Part shown: piece after piece, positions 62,056 through 64,000 of the stretch
Layout of the letters: each line of letters opens with the position of its first letter
How positions within the stretch are numbered: the stretch's first letter is position 1
Source of the DNA: an uncultured Alphaproteobacteria bacterium
GTDB lineage: Bacteria > Pseudomonadota > Alphaproteobacteria > Rhizobiales > Methyloligellaceae
Length of the DNA: 64,000 nucleotides
Direction of reading: 5' to 3'
NCBI GenBank assembly: GCA_963827365.1
Contig: CAWHAX010000028.1
Coordinates: 6,441 to 70,440 of the forward strand
Notes under the pieces: model-generated
What the model was told of the DNA's origin: nothing
Databases searched by the model: none
Seen by the model: the letters and a program-made list of their open reading frames with translations, nothing else
Program-made: the position numbers and the translations under genes

Positions 62056-63834
62056 ATGCAGCTCAAGCTGATCGACTGGGTCGTGGTGGCGGCTTACGCC
62101 GTGCTGTCGCTCGCCATCGGCCTGCGCTTCGCCCGCCGCGCGGGACGCAGCCTCGAACAATATTTCCTTTCCGGGCGGACGGCGCCATGGTGGCTGCTCG
62201 GCACCTCGATGGTGGCCACCACCTTCTCTGCCGACACGCCGAACCTTGTCACCGACCTCGTGCGTACCGGCGGCGTCAGCACGAACTGGCTGTGGTGGGC
62301 GTTCCTGATCACCGGCATGCTGACAGTATTTTTCTACGCCAAGCTGTGGCGGCGGAGCGGTGCGCTCACCGACATCAATTTCTACGAGCTCCGCTACTCT
62401 GGCGCGCCGGCAAGGTTCCTGCGCGGCTTCCGCGCCGTCTATCTCGGCGTGTTCTTCAACATCGTGATCATGGCCACGGTGACGCTCGCCGCCATCAAGA
62501 TTGCGGGTGCCCTGCTCGGGCTCGACCCCTACACCACCGTCGCGCTCGCCGCGCTTTTGACCATGGTCTACGCCACCACCTCGGGGCTATGGGGCGTGCT
62601 GGTTACCGACCTGTTCCAATTCGTGCTGGCGATGATCGGCTCGGTCGCCGCTGCCTATTACGCCGTGACGCTGCCGGAGGTCGGCGGACTAAGCGGGCTC
62701 GTCACACATCCCAACGTCGCGGGCAAGCTGTCGCTCCTGCCGGATTTCTCAGACCCAGCGCAAGTCATGACGGTGCTTCTGATCCCGCTTGCCGTGCAAT
62801 GGTGGAGCACCTGGTACCCAGGGTCGGAGCCCGGCGGAGGCGGCTATATCGCCCAGCGCATGCTCGCGGCGCGCACCGAGAAGGACGCCATGGCCGCGAC
62901 GCTGTGGTTCAACATCGCCCATTACGCGCTCCGCCCCTGGCCGTGGATCCTGGTCGCGCTCGCCTCGCTCATCGTCTATCCGAGCTTGAGCGATCTCGCT
63001 AAGCGCTTTCCTTATGTCGACCCCTCGTTCATGCGCAACGACCTCGCTTATTCGGCGATGCTACTATTTGTGCCGCATGGTGTGCTCGGGCTGATCGTGG
63101 CCTCGCTCGCCGCAGCCTATATGTCGACCATCTCCACCCATCTCAATTGGGGCGCGTCCTACGTGGTCGACGACGTCTACAAACGCTTCCTCAAGCCCAA
63201 TGCGACGGATGCCCATTACGTCGCGGTCGGCCGCGCCGTCACCGTGGCGCTGACGCTGCTTGCCTGCCTCGTCGCACTCGCGCTGCACAACGCCATGCAA
63301 GCGTTCCAGATCTTATTGCAGATCGGCGCCGGCACCGGGCTCATCTTCCTGCTGCGCTGGTATTGGTGGCGGATCAATGCCTGGGGCGAGATCGCCGCTA
63401 TGGCGATTTCCTTCCTGGTCGCGCTCTATTTCCAATTCGTCCATGTTCGGCTGTTGGGCTTTCCGCCGCTGCATCCGTCGCTCGCGCTGGTCGCCGGCGT
63501 CTTGATCACCACCTTGGGATGGCTTCTCGTCACCTTCGCGACGCCGCCGACCGACCGGGTGACCTTGCAGGCCTTCTACGACAAGATCAGGCCGGCAGCC
63601 TTTGGCTGGCGCGGCGGTGTCGATATCGGCGAGGTGGAAGCAGCGCCCGGCAGCGTGTCCGCCGGGCTCATCGCCTGGTTCCTCGGCTGTGTCGCTGTTT
63701 ACGCTTCGCTGTTCGCGACCGGCTACCTTATTTACGGCCGTTGTGGATTTGGGTTCGCCTGCCTTGCGGTTGCCATCGGTGCCGGTTTCGGACTTTACCG
63801 CACGGTTCCGAAAATTGGGTTCTGGACGTCGTAA
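62056..63834 (+). CDS. Sodium:solute symporter family protein
   Basis: YFLSGR..PWWL.G.S.VATTF..DTP, GLWGVLVTD, QRMLAA, AAYMSTIST, RWYWWRINA. Confidence 0.92.
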   Translation: MQLKLIDWVVVAAYAVLSLAIGLRFARRAGRSLEQYFLSGRTAPWWLLGTSMVATTFSADTPNLVTDLVRTGGVSTNWLWWAFLITGMLTVFFYAKLWRRSGALTDINFYELRYSGAPARFLRGFRAVYLGVFFNIVIMATVTLAAIKIAGALLGLDPYTTVALAALLTMVYATTSGLWGVLVTDLFQFVLAMIGSVAAAYYAVTLPEVGGLSGLVTHPNVAGKLSLLPDFSDPAQVMTVLLIPLAVQWWSTWYPGSEPGGGGYIAQRMLAARTEKDAMAATLWFNIAHYALRPWPWILVALASLIVYPSLSDLAKRFPYVDPSFMRNDLAYSAMLLFVPHGVLGLIVASLAAAYMSTISTHLNWGASYVVDDVYKRFLKPNATDAHYVAVGRAVTVALTLLACLVALALHNAMQAFQILLQIGAGTGLIFLLRWYWWRINAWGEIAAMAISFLVALYFQFVHVRLLGFPPLHPSLALVAGVLITTLGWLLVTFATPPTDRVTLQAFYDKIRPAAFGWRGGVDIGEVEAAPGSVSAGLIAWFLGCVAVYASLFATGYLIYGRCGFGFACLAVAIGAGFGLYRTVPKIGFWTS

Positions 63835-63899
63835 CGCCACGGCGCCGCCAAGAGGATTAGCTCGTAAAACATTCACCGGCAGACATCGATCAGGTGCAA

Positions 63900-64000
63900 A
63901 TTTCCGAAATTGGCACATAGCAGACATTGATGCCGACGATGAGCATGTCCGCTCTTGGGGGGAAAGCGGACATCCCTGATCTGCGCTCTAATGTCCGCTA
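63900..64000. repeat. Cluster of ATGTCCGC...GCGGACAT palindromes
   Basis: TGGCACATAGCAGACAT, ATGTCCGCTCTTGGGGGGAAAGCGGACAT, ATGTCCGCTA; same family as 44912, 56041 and 61996. Confidence 0.75.

Larger units (their letters stand above)
32168..64000. mobile_element. tRNA-Asn-anchored accessory region / decayed genomic island (right end not seen)
   Basis: Abrupt loss of core synteny, visibly lower GC, many remnants and pseudogenes, TCTGGGGCAAC tandem repeat next to the tRNA; no integrase in window. Confidence 0.6.

Overview
High-GC alphaproteobacterial chromosome segment (Hyphomicrobiales/Rhizobiales-type gene order; fae points to a methylotroph such as a Methyloceanibacter relative, which is inference). 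Bases 1-32.2 kb are conserved core: secD(partial)-yajC, a DUF815-like ATPase, nlpD-pcm-surE-serS, tatABC, scpAB, nagZ, a SPOR protein, argS, dgt, erpA, xth, an exoR-like gene, ilvD, valS, popZ, tolC, a second pcm, tRNA-Cys and tRNA-Asn. Immediately after tRNA-Asn an accessory region begins and runs to the end of the window; no integrase is visible. Its first ~8 kb (32.2-40.4 kb) holds very short ORFs in at least four recurring paralogous microprotein families, two of which also occur fused. These are interleaved with at least five multi-hairpin sRNA-like elements with C-rich loops, a LexA-boxed two-gene operon, and remnants of a resolvase and a ligase. The remainder carries stress and redox cargo: AmmeMemoRadiSam amrS/amrB, a divergent second RpoD-like sigma factor, fdxA plus an orphan nuoI, fae, Hsp20, an SH3-parvulin fusion, two L,D-transpeptidases and transporters. 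These are separated by REP-like palindromes and probable IS5 end remnants. Five accessory genes carry single-base frameshifts, three of them at or next to GANTC. All calls come from reading the sequence and ORF translations; no database searches were run.
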